A DNA stretch of 64,000 nucleotides. It comes from an archaeon (GTDB lineage Archaea; B1Sed10-29; WALL01). The first letter of the stretch is position 1; each line of letters begins with the position of its first letter. Location of the stretch: the NCBI GenBank assembly GCA_042584585.1, contig JBHOSQ010000001.1:58694-122693 (forward strand), read 5' to 3'. Made by a program: the position numbers and the translations under genes. The notes beneath the pieces were generated by a model. The model was not told where the DNA came from, searched no databases, and saw nothing but the letters and a program-made list of their open reading frames with translations. Shown one piece after another: positions 27,810-38,182 of the stretch.

Positions 27810-29471
27810 CTATTTCTTCGCTGTGAACCGCTCGTGCAAGGCAGCCACGCGGTCCAGCGAATCGCATTCCTCGGGCGCGCGGTCCTCACGAATGCGGACC
27901 AAGCGGGGGAAGCGCAATGCATAGCCGCTCTCGTACGTGGGGGACTTCTGTATTTCCTGGTACCCGGCTTCCACGACAATCGTGGGCTTGAGCTTCACGA
28001 ACTTGCCTTTCTCGAACTCGATTGTGGGCTTTAGCGCGTCGGTGAGGTACTGGAGCTGTTCGTCCTTCATTCCCGTGGCCATTCGCCCGATTGAGAGGAA
28101 CTCGTTCGTGTCCGGGTCGCGGCACGCAAGGAGATAGCTCCCGAGCCAGCTGGCGCGGCGCCCCTCGCCCCACTCGGCAGCCACAAGCACCAAATCAAGG
28201 GTTTCCGTGACGGGCTTGAGCTTGTACATATAGCCCACCCGGCTGCCGGGCTTGTACCCGACCCCGAGGTTTTTGGCCATGACGCCCTCGTGGCCGAGCT
28301 TTAGTGATTCCTTGTAGAAGGCCTCGGCCGCCTTAGGGTCCGTGGTAGTCACGGTTTTGGAGAACTTGACCTCGCTGCTCGGCTTCACTATCTTTTCGAG
28401 TGCCTTGCGGCGCTCCCCCATGTTTTTTGGGAGAAGGTTTTTGCCGTCGAGGTACATGCAGTCGAACAAGTAAGTGACCACAGGGATTTGCTTGACCATT
28501 TCATCGATGCCGTACTTGCGCTTGATGCGGCGCGACAACAACTGGAACGGCTTGGGCCGCTCGTTTTCGTCGACGGCGACGGTCTCGCCCTCGATGATTG
28601 CTTCTTTTGCGGACACGGATTTTTTTATTGCTTCCACGACGTCGGGGAACTGTGTGGTGACGTCGTCGAGCCGGCGGGTAAACACGCGTACCTCGCCGTT
28701 TTTGATGTGCGCTTGCATGCGCATGCCGTCGTACTTGTACTCGAACGCGTGGCACTCGTTGTCCAATGCCTCCTGCACGGAGTGGACTGTCTGCGCGAGC
28801 ATCGGCCGGAGCGGCCGGAACAATCGGATGCGTATTTTTTTGAGGCCGGCGTCGCCTTTGTCCCTGGCGAGCTGGGCGACTTCTGAGTAGTCATTGATTA
28901 GTGAAAAAGCGCGCTCGGTTTCTGCGGGGGAGACGTCGAATGCTTTGGCGATGGCGTCGCGGATGATGCCTTCGCCGACGCCGACGCGCATTTCGCCGAG
29001 GAGTAGGCGGACGAGGTACTTGACTCCGGTGGGGCTCATGGAGTTCAATAGTTCGACGACGTGCCTGTTCTTTTTTTCTTGGGTGCCCTTTCCTTCCCAC
29101 GAAGCCATTTTTTCGAGGAGGGCGTGGATTTCTTTGAGGGACATCTTCTTTTTGGAGAGGGTGGTCTGGGGCTTTTTGTGGAATAGGTTTTCTGCGGCGA
29201 GCCCGGTGTCGCCGAGCTTCGCGATTTTGTCTTCGACTTGTTTGGCTGTGGCGCCGGTTGCCGTTGACACGCACTTGATCATGCTTTTTTGGGCGATGCC
29301 GATTTCGCGGGAGTCCCACGGCGGGAACACGCGGCCTTGGACGAATAGGGCGACGGTGCCGAGGTCGCTGCCGCTGCTTTGGAAGAGCTGGGCCACGATT
29401 TCGGTTAGCTCGAGGCGGGATGGCGTGGCCTCCAGCTTGGAGAGTGTGACTGCCACGGCGGCGAAGTCCAT
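27810..29471 (-). CDS. lig: ATP-dependent DNA ligase
   Basis: EYKYDG adenylation motif, EGVMAK, LRFPR, PMLAQ; alternative GTG start at 29480. Confidence 0.97.
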   Translation of the reverse strand: MDFAAVAVTLSKLEATPSRLELTEIVAQLFQSSGSDLGTVALFVQGRVFPPWDSREIGIAQKSMIKCVSTATGATAKQVEDKIAKLGDTGLAAENLFHKKPQTTLSKKKMSLKEIHALLEKMASWEGKGTQEKKNRHVVELLNSMSPTGVKYLVRLLLGEMRVGVGEGIIRDAIAKAFDVSPAETERAFSLINDYSEVAQLARDKGDAGLKKIRIRLFRPLRPMLAQTVHSVQEALDNECHAFEYKYDGMRMQAHIKNGEVRVFTRRLDDVTTQFPDVVEAIKKSVSAKEAIIEGETVAVDENERPKPFQLLSRRIKRKYGIDEMVKQIPVVTYLFDCMYLDGKNLLPKNMGERRKALEKIVKPSSEVKFSKTVTTTDPKAAEAFYKESLKLGHEGVMAKNLGVGYKPGSRVGYMYKLKPVTETLDLVLVAAEWGEGRRASWLGSYLLACRDPDTNEFLSIGRMATGMKDEQLQYLTDALKPTIEFEKGKFVKLKPTIVVEAGYQEIQKSPTYESGYALRFPRLVRIREDRAPEECDSLDRVAALHERFTAKK

Positions 29472-29545
29472 GCCCTTCACAAAGCAGAGGGGGAATTTAA
29501 GCGTTTACCGAACTGTTAAAAAGTTGGGGGTTGTAAACTACTTTG

Positions 29546-30952
29546 ATGGTGACACCCCTCAGGCGATCCCTATATATTTACGCGTACCGGAAGCATGCGG
29601 CAGTCATCAATCTGAAGTCTGGCCAGGTAATCAAAGGGCTCATTACGCGTGCCGGTCGACTCCGCTACAAAGGCCTGACCGAAGACGGGAAAGAAGTTGA
29701 GTTTGGAGTAGCGGACATTAAGTCTCACAAGCGAATGCCCGAGAAGAGGACGAGTAAAGGCCACAGTGAGTTCATAAGCCATCATGAAGGCCGTGAGGTG
29801 GTCCTCACGCTTCACATCCCTGGAGGGGAGGAAAAAATCACTGGCGTCATTGGGCGGGCTGGCAAGCGCGGAAGAGCCAGGCCTTATACAACCATTGAAT
29901 ACAAGGATTCCAAAAACAAGCAGGTCATACGGCAGTTCCTGTCGAGAGACATAAAAGATATAAAACTCGCCAAAGACCTGCGCGACGCAAAACCTGAGCA
30001 AGCCCTAAACGTTCTCCTGGATTCTCTCCCTTCCTCAAAACAAGCCAAAGCCCGGCGTGAAATAAAAAAACTTGTTTCGCTGTATGCGCCCAAGCCGGAC
30101 GCGGAAGTGGACACCAAACAAAAAGAAACGACTTGGGCCAGGCCTTTCGCGGTTTGGGAGTTCAGGGAAACAATCCAAAAAAAGATTGGGCATGAAGTGG
30201 ACGCGAGATATGTCACCCATCTTCTTAACTCGCTCACTAGGGCAGGGCAGCTACACAAGCGGTCTATTCTCTCGCCACGCCCGCATACCTCTGGCGGCAT
30301 AATCAGTGAAGCTGGCCACAGGATTTTTTATAGCGCAGATCCCCGCGCTATAGAAGCCATGGAAAAGCATTACGATAATCCAGAGGAACAACTCAAATTA
30401 GCACTGCGCCGGACGTTCCAAGCCAGTTTTGGCAAAAGGAATGAAAAGTCTTATTTGAAACCGGAGTGGATTAACAAAACTGTTCTGCAGCGATTGAAGA
30501 AGGGCACCACCCAATTCCATTTAAAGACAGAACTAATTGACGGGTATCGAGCGGACCTATTGAAACATATGGCATCTTTGTTTCAGGAAGGCAAAGCGCA
30601 GCGTGCATCCAAGTATTCCTCTGAGAGTGCGCGATTGAATTTCTTCACCCACCATCGCTTGGTCGGTGCCTTAAGGCCATTGGTTGCGGGGTCTGAAGTG
30701 TGGAAGGGCATGGATTTGCTTTACACGGAGAAAGGAGCGAACCCCAATCCCCAGAGCTTTCCCCAAAATCCTGAAGTAAGCTGGTACTGCCTCAACACTC
30801 CCGACTCAATTGAGTCCATGCAGAAGAAGATGAGAGGTGTTGACAACGAATACAAGCAGCAGAAAAAAGAGGAGAAGCGGCTCGCCGCCAAGGTTCGTGA
30901 GGACGCGAAGGACAGCCGGCGGTACAAAAAAGACCGGCGAATCAAGCTTTGA
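29546..30952 (+). CDS. Basic ORFan with two N-terminal Sm/SH3-like repeats and two wHTH-like segments
   Basis: INLKSGQVIKGLI...DIKS vs LHIPGGEEKITGVI...DIKD; FYSADPRAIEAMEK vs WYCLNTPDSIESMQK. Confidence 0.75.
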   Translation: MVTPLRRSLYIYAYRKHAAVINLKSGQVIKGLITRAGRLRYKGLTEDGKEVEFGVADIKSHKRMPEKRTSKGHSEFISHHEGREVVLTLHIPGGEEKITGVIGRAGKRGRARPYTTIEYKDSKNKQVIRQFLSRDIKDIKLAKDLRDAKPEQALNVLLDSLPSSKQAKARREIKKLVSLYAPKPDAEVDTKQKETTWARPFAVWEFRETIQKKIGHEVDARYVTHLLNSLTRAGQLHKRSILSPRPHTSGGIISEAGHRIFYSADPRAIEAMEKHYDNPEEQLKLALRRTFQASFGKRNEKSYLKPEWINKTVLQRLKKGTTQFHLKTELIDGYRADLLKHMASLFQEGKAQRASKYSSESARLNFFTHHRLVGALRPLVAGSEVWKGMDLLYTEKGANPNPQSFPQNPEVSWYCLNTPDSIESMQKKMRGVDNEYKQQKKEEKRLAAKVREDAKDSRRYKKDRRIKL

Positions 30953-31057
30953 GTGATTGCCCCGGGGTGAACGTTTGGCCAGTGTTTAAGGGGTTTGCCG
31001 GGTTTCAATGTAAATTTTTTATAGCAGGGCGTCTACAATGAATAACGAGGGTGACAG

Positions 31058-31336
31058 ATGACTGAAAACACGGACGGCCAGGTCTTCATTGGCAAGAAAG
31101 GCGTCATGAGCTATGTTTTGGCTGTCGTGACGCAGTTCAACAACGGAGCCAGTGAAGTCACGGTGAAAGCCCGTGGGAAGGCCATCAGCCGGGCCGTGGA
31201 CGTCGCGGAAATCGTGCGCCACAGGTTCTTGTCGGACTCGACAATCAAGGACGTTTCCATAAAGACCGAGGAATTGGTCTCGAGGGAAGGCGACACGGGA
31301 CGGGTTTCGGCAATAGAGATTATCCTCGCCAAGTGA
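31058..31336 (+). CDS. albA: DNA/RNA-binding protein Alba
   Basis: [36 protein letters not shown]. Confidence 0.97.
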   Translation: MTENTDGQVFIGKKGVMSYVLAVVTQFNNGASEVTVKARGKAISRAVDVAEIVRHRFLSDSTIKDVSIKTEELVSREGDTGRVSAIEIILAK

Positions 31337-31351
31337 CAGGGGGCACACCCC

Positions 31352-31846
31352 ATGAAGGGCCCGTTATGCGAAGAGTGCGTAAAAAGTGGGAATCTTTGTG
31401 AAGAGTGCGTCGACAAACAGCAGAAAGGAGAACTAGGCGAACTCGACATTCAACTAGCGCGCCTGTTGCAGAAGCTGGAGGGCCGGGACCTGGTCCGGGG
31501 AGCTAATTTTGAGCGGGTGTTTGACGTCGAAGGGCTTATCTTGATTACTACTAGGGGCAAGGTCGGCCCCTTGGTCGGGAAAGGGGGAAGGGTCATTCGC
31601 TTGCTGAGCAAGGAGTTCAACAAAAAAGTGAGGATAGTCAGCGTCCTTGACGAAAAGACGGCGCTGAGGGACTTGGTTGCACCGGCGCGAATACAGGGCA
31701 TCAACATTGTTTACAAGGCGGACGGCGAGCAAACAAAAGCGATTATCGCGCGCGAGGACAAGTACAAGCTCATCGCCCCATTAGAGACCCTGCAAAAAGC
31801 CGCGAACATGCTAAGCGAAAAAGCCGTCGTGCTCGAAGTGAAGTGA
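31352..31846 (+). CDS. Archaeal NusA-like KH-domain protein with N-terminal CxxC pairs
   Basis: LCEEC..LCEEC; KH motif LVGKGG. Confidence 0.85.
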   Translation: MKGPLCEECVKSGNLCEECVDKQQKGELGELDIQLARLLQKLEGRDLVRGANFERVFDVEGLILITTRGKVGPLVGKGGRVIRLLSKEFNKKVRIVSVLDEKTALRDLVAPARIQGINIVYKADGEQTKAIIAREDKYKLIAPLETLQKAANMLSEKAVVLEVK

Positions 31847-31885
31847 CCCCGCGTTGTTATAAACCCTCAATTACAAAAATATATT

Positions 31886-32608
31886 GTGCGAAAGAAAAGA
31901 GTTGCAAAAGCCAAGAAGGAACCAATCCCAGACAAACAACTGCTTAGTGATGGAAATAGGAGGAAGCACATTCTCAAATTGTACAAAAAAGCAAAGTCTT
32001 TGTTGGAAAACAGCGAGTGCGAAAAAGCATTGGAACATTCCAACCAAATCCTCAGCATAGATGCAAAAAACTTGGGTGGCCTGCATATGAAAGGATTCGC
32101 CCTCTACGGCCTGGGGAGACTTGATGAATCGGTGGCCTGCTTCCAAAAAGCAACTGAAATAAAACCCGACTCGGACACTGCTTGGTTTTGTATTGGGGGC
32201 GCACTAGAAGACAAAGGCCAATTGGAAGAAGCGCTTAAGCACTACAAGAAAGCTGTTAGACTAAATCCCCAAAACGGGCTTAACCACGGAAAGCTTGGGG
32301 CGTTGCTAGCAAAGTTGGGGAAGCATGAGGAAGCGGTGCAATACTATACCTCTGCAACCCGAATAAACCCAAACAACGCAAGTTACTGGGCTAACTTATC
32401 CCAGTCATTAGGCCTGCTAGGCAGATTTGAAGAAGCGCTAACTGCCTGCAACAAGTCACTCGAAATAGCGCCAGAGCACGAGCAATGCCTAAAAAACAAG
32501 AAGGTTATATTAGACAGGATGAAAGCGCAAAAAGGCAAGACCACGAAAATGAAGGGTAAAAAAGCAAAAAAGCTAACTGGGGAAAAGCAGAAGCTCTTAA
32601 ATCCATAA
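31886..32608 (+). CDS. Tetratricopeptide-repeat protein
   Basis: About five 34-aa TPR units (A..Y.KA..LNP); own TATA (GTTATAAA) at about 31856. Confidence 0.88.
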   Translation: MRKKRVAKAKKEPIPDKQLLSDGNRRKHILKLYKKAKSLLENSECEKALEHSNQILSIDAKNLGGLHMKGFALYGLGRLDESVACFQKATEIKPDSDTAWFCIGGALEDKGQLEEALKHYKKAVRLNPQNGLNHGKLGALLAKLGKHEEAVQYYTSATRINPNNASYWANLSQSLGLLGRFEEALTACNKSLEIAPEHEQCLKNKKVILDRMKAQKGKTTKMKGKKAKKLTGEKQKLLNP

Positions 32609-32640
32609 GCCATAAAAAGCCTCTCTGATTCTATTGTGGC

Positions 32641-33924
32641 ATGAAGCGCACGCACTACACCAACGAGCTTGAGGGCCAGGACGGCAAGGAGGTCACGGTC
32701 GCGGGATGGGTGGACCAGCTCCGCATGCTCGGAAAAATCGGATTCATCATGCTCAGGGACCGCTATGGCACCGTGCAAGTTACGCTGCCGAAAAGCAAAG
32801 TAGGCGTGCTCTACGACGAGGCCGAGCAATTCACCAAAGAAAGCGTTATTGCTGTTAAGGGAACTCTGCAAGCAAGCAAGGAAGCGCCGGGCGGCAGGGA
32901 ACTCATACCAAACTCAATCGAACTATTGTCAAAAGCGGCCGCTCCCCTTCCCATGGACGTGTCGGGAAAAATAAGCAGTGAATTGGAGACGCGGCTCGAC
33001 TCAAGGTTCATGGATTTACGGCAACCGGCGGTCGCCGCAGTGTTCGCGGTCCGGGACTCACTGCTGACAGGCATAAGGGACTACCTCGAAAGCGAGGGGT
33101 TTGTTGAGGTGCATACACCAAAGATTGTTGAGGCAGGGGCGGAAGGCGGGGCAACGCTTTTCCAGCTCGACTACTTCGGCAAAAAAGCGTTCTTGAGCCA
33201 AAGCCCGCAACTGTTCAAGCAGGCATTGATGGCCACCGGGCTGGACAGGGTGTACGAAATCGCGCCCGCGTTCCGCGCGGAGCCAAGCGCGACGACGAAG
33301 CACGTCAGCGAATTCATTTCGCTGGACTTTGAGATGGCGTTCATCGAAAGCCAGGAAGACGTGATGCGAATCACGGAAGAAATGGTCGTTGCCGCAATCA
33401 AGCACGTCAAAAAAGAGGCGGCGGAAGAGCTGCAGGTACTGGGCAAGGACGTGACGGTTCCGAAGACGCCGTTCAAACGGGTTAGTTTCGCGGACGCCAA
33501 AAAAATGCTGGCCGAGAAAGGCAAGGAAGTCACGAACGACCTGGACAGCGAGGCCGAAAAGCTGCTGGGCGAAGTGGTGGGCGACGAGTTTTACTTCATC
33601 ACCGAGTTCCCGCACGCCGAAAAGCCTTTTTACATAATGGAAAACGGCGACTTCTCGCACTCGTTCGACCTTGGGTACGCCGGACTGGAGCTCGCGAGCG
33701 GAGGGCAGCGCGAGCACCGGGCTGAAGAGCTTGAGGCGCGCATGAAAAAACTGAAGCTGAAGCCAAAGGACTTTGTCTTTTACCTAAGCGCGTTCAAGTA
33801 CGGCATGCCACCGCACGGCGGAGTGGGAATTGGGGTAGACCGATTCGTGCAGAAGCTATTGGGGTTGAGCAACGTGCGGGAAGCAGTGTTGTTCCCGCGG
33901 GACAAAATTAGGCTGGTACCATGA
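32641..33924 (+). CDS. aspS: Aspartyl-tRNA synthetase (archaeal type)
   Basis: OB fold LRDRYG, QSPQLFKQ, FRAE, ELASGGQR, GMPPHGG, LFPRD. Confidence 0.96.
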   Translation: MKRTHYTNELEGQDGKEVTVAGWVDQLRMLGKIGFIMLRDRYGTVQVTLPKSKVGVLYDEAEQFTKESVIAVKGTLQASKEAPGGRELIPNSIELLSKAAAPLPMDVSGKISSELETRLDSRFMDLRQPAVAAVFAVRDSLLTGIRDYLESEGFVEVHTPKIVEAGAEGGATLFQLDYFGKKAFLSQSPQLFKQALMATGLDRVYEIAPAFRAEPSATTKHVSEFISLDFEMAFIESQEDVMRITEEMVVAAIKHVKKEAAEELQVLGKDVTVPKTPFKRVSFADAKKMLAEKGKEVTNDLDSEAEKLLGEVVGDEFYFITEFPHAEKPFYIMENGDFSHSFDLGYAGLELASGGQREHRAEELEARMKKLKLKPKDFVFYLSAFKYGMPPHGGVGIGVDRFVQKLLGLSNVREAVLFPRDKIRLVP

Positions 33925-35174
33925 CTGACTTCATCAACTTCCTCATTGTTATTACGGCAGGCGTCTTCTTCTCGGGGATACTCAGCAAAATCCAGATTCC
34001 GTACGTCACCGCATTGATCCTTTCGGGAATAGTGATTGGGCCGTACCTCCTGAATTGGTTCACCCCGGACCCAACCATCGAAGCAATTGCCTCGATTGGC
34101 GTGATTTTCCTTATGTTCATGGCCGGGCTGGAAGTAAACGTCAGGCACAAAAAGTATTTGACCAAAGACGCGTTCTTCCTTATCACGCTTAACTCCATAA
34201 TCCCGTTCGCCACCGGGTTCTGCATCGCCACGGCGTTTGGCTACGGATTAATGAGCGCGCTCGTGCTGGGAATTGTTTTCATTTCGTCCAGCGTCGCGAT
34301 TATCATTCCCCAACTAGAAAAAAGCGGGTTGATACACAAGGCGCTTGGACAGAACATACTCACCGCGGCCGTGTTTGAGGACATCGGCTCGCTATTGCTG
34401 CTGTCGATGGCGCTGCAGACACTGATGCCCAAGACACCGCTTCCGATTATTGCTTATTACGTCATTTTGTTGCTGTCGGTAATCGTGATGAAAATTGCGC
34501 TGCCCAAAATCAGCAAGCTTTACCACAAGCTCATCGGCGAACGCGACCAGTTCGAGAGGGAACTATTGTTCTTTTTCATGATTCTGGTCGGCACCGCAAT
34601 TTACTTCGAGGCATTGGGAGTCCACTCCATCGTGGCAGGGTTTATCATCGGCATGCTGCTCGCCGAGACAGTGCGGCACGAGCGATTAATGGTCAAAATC
34701 AGGACGCTGTCGTACGGGATTTTCATTCCAACGTTCTTTGTGCTTATCGGCGCGAAGCTTGACCTCGGCGTCTTGCTGACCGGCGAGAGCTACCTCTTCA
34801 TCACCCTCGTGGTGCTGGGATTGATTGTCTCAAAAGTGGTTAGTGGCTACGTCGCGGGCAGGCTCACCAAGTTCAGCAAGGACGAAAGCCTCTTGATTGG
34901 GTTCGCAACCACGCCGCAGCTGTCAACGACACTTGCCGCGGCCTTCGCCGCATTGGGCTTTGGGCTGCTGGACAACGCCACAATCACCGCGCTGGTCGCA
35001 TTGTCGATTGTCACCACACTCGTGGCGCCGCTCGTGATACGGAAGCTCACCGCGCGCATAAAACAGTCAGAACGTGACCTGGCGGTCAAGCGCGAGATGC
35101 GAAAAATAGCTGAGAAACGCAAGAACGCCAAAAAACGTCGCGTCGTAAAAGCCCGACGAAAGAAAAAAGAATAA
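33921..35174 (+). CDS. Cation:proton antiporter (CPA2/KefB-like)
   Basis: Multiple TM helices; LMFMAGLE, SSVAII, AAVFEDI, FIPTFF. Confidence 0.9.
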   Translation: MTDFINFLIVITAGVFFSGILSKIQIPYVTALILSGIVIGPYLLNWFTPDPTIEAIASIGVIFLMFMAGLEVNVRHKKYLTKDAFFLITLNSIIPFATGFCIATAFGYGLMSALVLGIVFISSSVAIIIPQLEKSGLIHKALGQNILTAAVFEDIGSLLLLSMALQTLMPKTPLPIIAYYVILLLSVIVMKIALPKISKLYHKLIGERDQFERELLFFFMILVGTAIYFEALGVHSIVAGFIIGMLLAETVRHERLMVKIRTLSYGIFIPTFFVLIGAKLDLGVLLTGESYLFITLVVLGLIVSKVVSGYVAGRLTKFSKDESLLIGFATTPQLSTTLAAAFAALGFGLLDNATITALVALSIVTTLVAPLVIRKLTARIKQSERDLAVKREMRKIAEKRKNAKKRRVVKARRKKKE

Positions 35175-35567
35175 GAACACTCCGAGGGCGTAAACCAAAT
35201 TGGCCCTTAGGGTGTGCGTCGCGCCCCTGTGCTTGGGGCGAATCAACACAAAAATCATGAAGATAGCCACGCCAACAACGGACGTGTTAATCGCGCTGTT
35301 CACCGGGTTGCTGAAGTCACGGAAAAACCGGGTGAAGCCAAACATCAATCCCGTGGCCAGCACCGTCACTTGGAGGAGGCCCCCGATTTTTGACTTGGGC
35401 GTGTCCGTGTCGGGCAAAAGCGAGCCCAGGAAACAAATCAAGAAACTGGACACCACGAGGCCTGCGAACTGCTCGGTCGGCATGGCAGAAAACTGGTACC
35501 AAAACAATCCCAGCGAAAACAGCCAGACAATCAATCCCCCGAATAAATGGCCCCTGTAATTCGACAT
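35067..35567 (-). CDS. YdjM-like membrane metal-dependent hydrolase
   Basis: MSNYRGH, GSLLPDTD, KHRGATH, SHLALD. Confidence 0.9.
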   Translation of the reverse strand: MSNYRGHLFGGLIVWLFSLGLFWYQFSAMPTEQFAGLVVSSFLICFLGSLLPDTDTPKSKIGGLLQVTVLATGLMFGFTRFFRDFSNPVNSAINTSVVGVAIFMIFVLIRPKHRGATHTLRANLVYALGVFLFFFLSSGFYDATFFGVLAFLSYFSHLALDRQVTF

Positions 35568-36815
35568 CTAAGCACCGTACTTCTTTTGCCTGCCCATGAA
35601 GTCAAGCAGAATGGGGAACAGGTCCTTGCCAGAGATTTTGAAGAGCGCCCCCTGCGTCGCGCTCAACTCGTCGAAGTGCTTCACGTAGTCCAATCGGACG
35701 TCGGCGCCGGCGATGAGCAGGGGCACGGGGTCTGCCGAGTGGTTGCGGACCGAGCACGGGGTCGAGTGGTCGCTCGTGAACGCGATGATTGTGTTCTCCA
35801 AGTCGATTTTTTCGAGGATGTGCCCGACCATGCCATCGATTTTTTCTAGGAGCTCGATTTTTTTCTCGGGGTCGCCGTCGTGCCCCGCAAGGTCGGTGCA
35901 CTTTATGTGAAGGAAGACGTAGTCATGGCCCTCAAGCGCCGCCAGCGCGGCGTCTGCCTTAGCCATTAAATCAGTGTCGTAGCCGCCCGTCGCGCCGGGT
36001 GGGGTTATAACGTCCATCCCAAGCAATCGGCCGACGCCAATAATCATTCCAGTGGCCGCGATAATCGCCCCCTTGAACCCGTACCTCTCTTCGAACGGCG
36101 GCGGGCGGTTCAGCACCCCGGCTCCGCGGACAAGAATGTAGTTCGCGGGCAGCACCCTGTCGCGGTTCAGTGGGTGGCTGCGGAGGACTTTGTGGGCCTT
36201 GTCGCAAAACTCGTTGAGTGCCTTGGCCGTGCGGATTGCCGCGTCAGTGTGCTCGAGCACAGTGATTTTCGTGGGCGGAATCCCGTCCTCGTGGGGGTCG
36301 TTGTCGATTACTTGGGGCGACAAGCCCTTGCCGCGGAGCACGAGCACTGCGCGGTGCTCGGTCGACTCCTTGAAAATGATTTGCACTCCGGGAACAGAAG
36401 TGATGGCGATTTCGTTGAGTGCGTGGGCCAGCTCGTTTGTGCCGTGCTTGATTCGGCCGGCGCGGCGGTCCACAATAACGTCGTCCCTGAACGTGGCAAA
36501 GTTGCAGCGGAACGCTAGGTCGCCGGGCTGCACGTCCACATTGGCGCCGAGCGCCTCAATGGGGCCGCGGCCGAAGTAGTACTCGTGTGGGTCGTAGCCG
36601 AATAGTTGCAAGTGGCTGGTGTCGCTGCCGGGCCTGACGCCGGGGGCGATTGGGTCCATGAGGCCGACTTCCCCGATTTCGGACAAGTGGTCGAGGTTTG
36701 GGGTGTGTGCCAATTGGTAAGGGGTTTTGTTGCCAAGCGACTTTATGGGCCGGTCGCCGGCGCCGTCCGCCAAAATAAGTAGGCATTTTTTGTTCGTTGG
36801 CGGTGGCAATTGCAT
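35568..36815 (-). CDS. apgM: 2,3-bisphosphoglycerate-independent phosphoglycerate mutase (archaeal type)
   Basis: DGAGDRP, PGSDT, GRGPIEA, DRRAGRI, DLAGHDG, SDHSTP. Confidence 0.96.
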   Translation of the reverse strand: MQLPPPTNKKCLLILADGAGDRPIKSLGNKTPYQLAHTPNLDHLSEIGEVGLMDPIAPGVRPGSDTSHLQLFGYDPHEYYFGRGPIEALGANVDVQPGDLAFRCNFATFRDDVIVDRRAGRIKHGTNELAHALNEIAITSVPGVQIIFKESTEHRAVLVLRGKGLSPQVIDNDPHEDGIPPTKITVLEHTDAAIRTAKALNEFCDKAHKVLRSHPLNRDRVLPANYILVRGAGVLNRPPPFEERYGFKGAIIAATGMIIGVGRLLGMDVITPPGATGGYDTDLMAKADAALAALEGHDYVFLHIKCTDLAGHDGDPEKKIELLEKIDGMVGHILEKIDLENTIIAFTSDHSTPCSVRNHSADPVPLLIAGADVRLDYVKHFDELSATQGALFKISGKDLFPILLDFMGRQKKYGA

Positions 36816-36852
36816 GGCTGAGGATAGGGGAAAGGCGTATTTAATTGTTTAC

Positions 36853-38112
36853 TCAAAACTCCCGGGCGTACGGGACTCCTTGTTCCTCGATGCGGAGGAG
36901 CTGGTTGTACTTCGCGAGGCGCTCTCCGCGGCAAGGTGCGCCTGCCTTAATTTGCTTGGCCTCAATGCCCACCGCGAGGTCGGCGATGAAGTTGTCGGTC
37001 GTGTCGCCCGAGCGGTGGCTCACCATGGTTTTGTAGTTGGAGTGCGACGCAAGGCCCGCGGCCTCGAACGCCTCGGTGAGCGTGCCGATTTGGTTGACCT
37101 TGAGAATCATTGCGTTGGCCGCGCTCATGCGGATGCCTTCCTTCAGGCGCTGCGTGCTCGTCACGAACAAGTCGTCGCCCACTATCTGGGCTTTTTCGCC
37201 GATGCGCTCGGTTAGGTCGGCGAAGGACTTGTAGTCGTCCTCGTGGAACGGGTCCTCGATGGAAACGATTGGGTACTTGTCCACCAGTTGTTCGTAGTAG
37301 TCCATCAGCTTCGTGGGTGAGAGCTGCTTGCCGTCGATGCTGTATTTTTTGGACTTGTAGAACTCGGACGCTGCGACGTCCAATGCAAGGACGATGTTTT
37401 TGGAGTGGCCCGCGCTTTTCGCGGCCTTTAGGACAAAGTCAAGTGCTTCAGTAGTCTTTTTCAGGGGCGGGGAAAAGCCGCCTTCGTCGCCCACGCCGAC
37501 GACGCCGAACTTCTTCTCGAGGAGCTTCTTGAGCTCGTGATAGGTCTCGGTGCCGATGCGCATTGCTTCGGCGAAAGTCTTTGCCTTGGGGGCGAGCATG
37601 AACTCCTGGACGTCAAGCTTGTTGTTGGAGTGCTTGCCGCCGTTGAGGATGTTGAAGAATGGGACTGGAGTTAGGTAAGTGGGCTCGTAATGGGTATAGA
37701 TCTGGCCGATGTGCTCGTAGACCGCTGCCTCTTTGGCTGAGGCGGCTGCCTTGCAGCACGCGATTGAGACGGCGAGCATGGCGTTGGCGCCGAGGTTGCG
37801 CTTGTTTGCCGAGCCGTCAAGGTTTATCATGAGCTTGTCGATGCCGTCCTGGTCACGGACGTCCTTGCCGATGAGCTTGGGAGCGATTAATTGGTGAATG
37901 TTGTCCACAGCCTTGTGGACTCCCTTGCCGTGGTAAGCCTTTCCCTTGTCCCGCAGGGCTAGGGCTTCGTGCCTGCCCGTGCTCGCGCCGGCGGGAACGG
38001 ACGCGCGTCCGAATCCTTTTCCGCAGGAAACGTCGCACTCCACAGTGGGTTTGCCGCGCGAGTCGAATATCTGCCGGGCGCGGACGCTTGTAATATCGTA
38101 TTTCCCAATCAT
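36853..38112 (-). CDS. eno: Enolase
   Basis: DSRGKPTVE, PAGASTG, GDEGGF, KVNQIGT, SHRSG. Confidence 0.97.
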   Translation of the reverse strand: MIGKYDITSVRARQIFDSRGKPTVECDVSCGKGFGRASVPAGASTGRHEALALRDKGKAYHGKGVHKAVDNIHQLIAPKLIGKDVRDQDGIDKLMINLDGSANKRNLGANAMLAVSIACCKAAASAKEAAVYEHIGQIYTHYEPTYLTPVPFFNILNGGKHSNNKLDVQEFMLAPKAKTFAEAMRIGTETYHELKKLLEKKFGVVGVGDEGGFSPPLKKTTEALDFVLKAAKSAGHSKNIVLALDVAASEFYKSKKYSIDGKQLSPTKLMDYYEQLVDKYPIVSIEDPFHEDDYKSFADLTERIGEKAQIVGDDLFVTSTQRLKEGIRMSAANAMILKVNQIGTLTEAFEAAGLASHSNYKTMVSHRSGDTTDNFIADLAVGIEAKQIKAGAPCRGERLAKYNQLLRIEEQGVPYAREF

Positions 38113-38182
38113 AACCCAGTGGCTACTCAAAATAAGTATTTAAATGTAAGGCATATAAAGGGGAACGGAGTAGCGTTACGCC

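Noticed and set aside
31339-31352. GGGG-CACA-CCCC as another member of the palindrome family
   Set aside because: Too short, lacks the C-RRTT-G centre, and overlaps the ribosome-binding region
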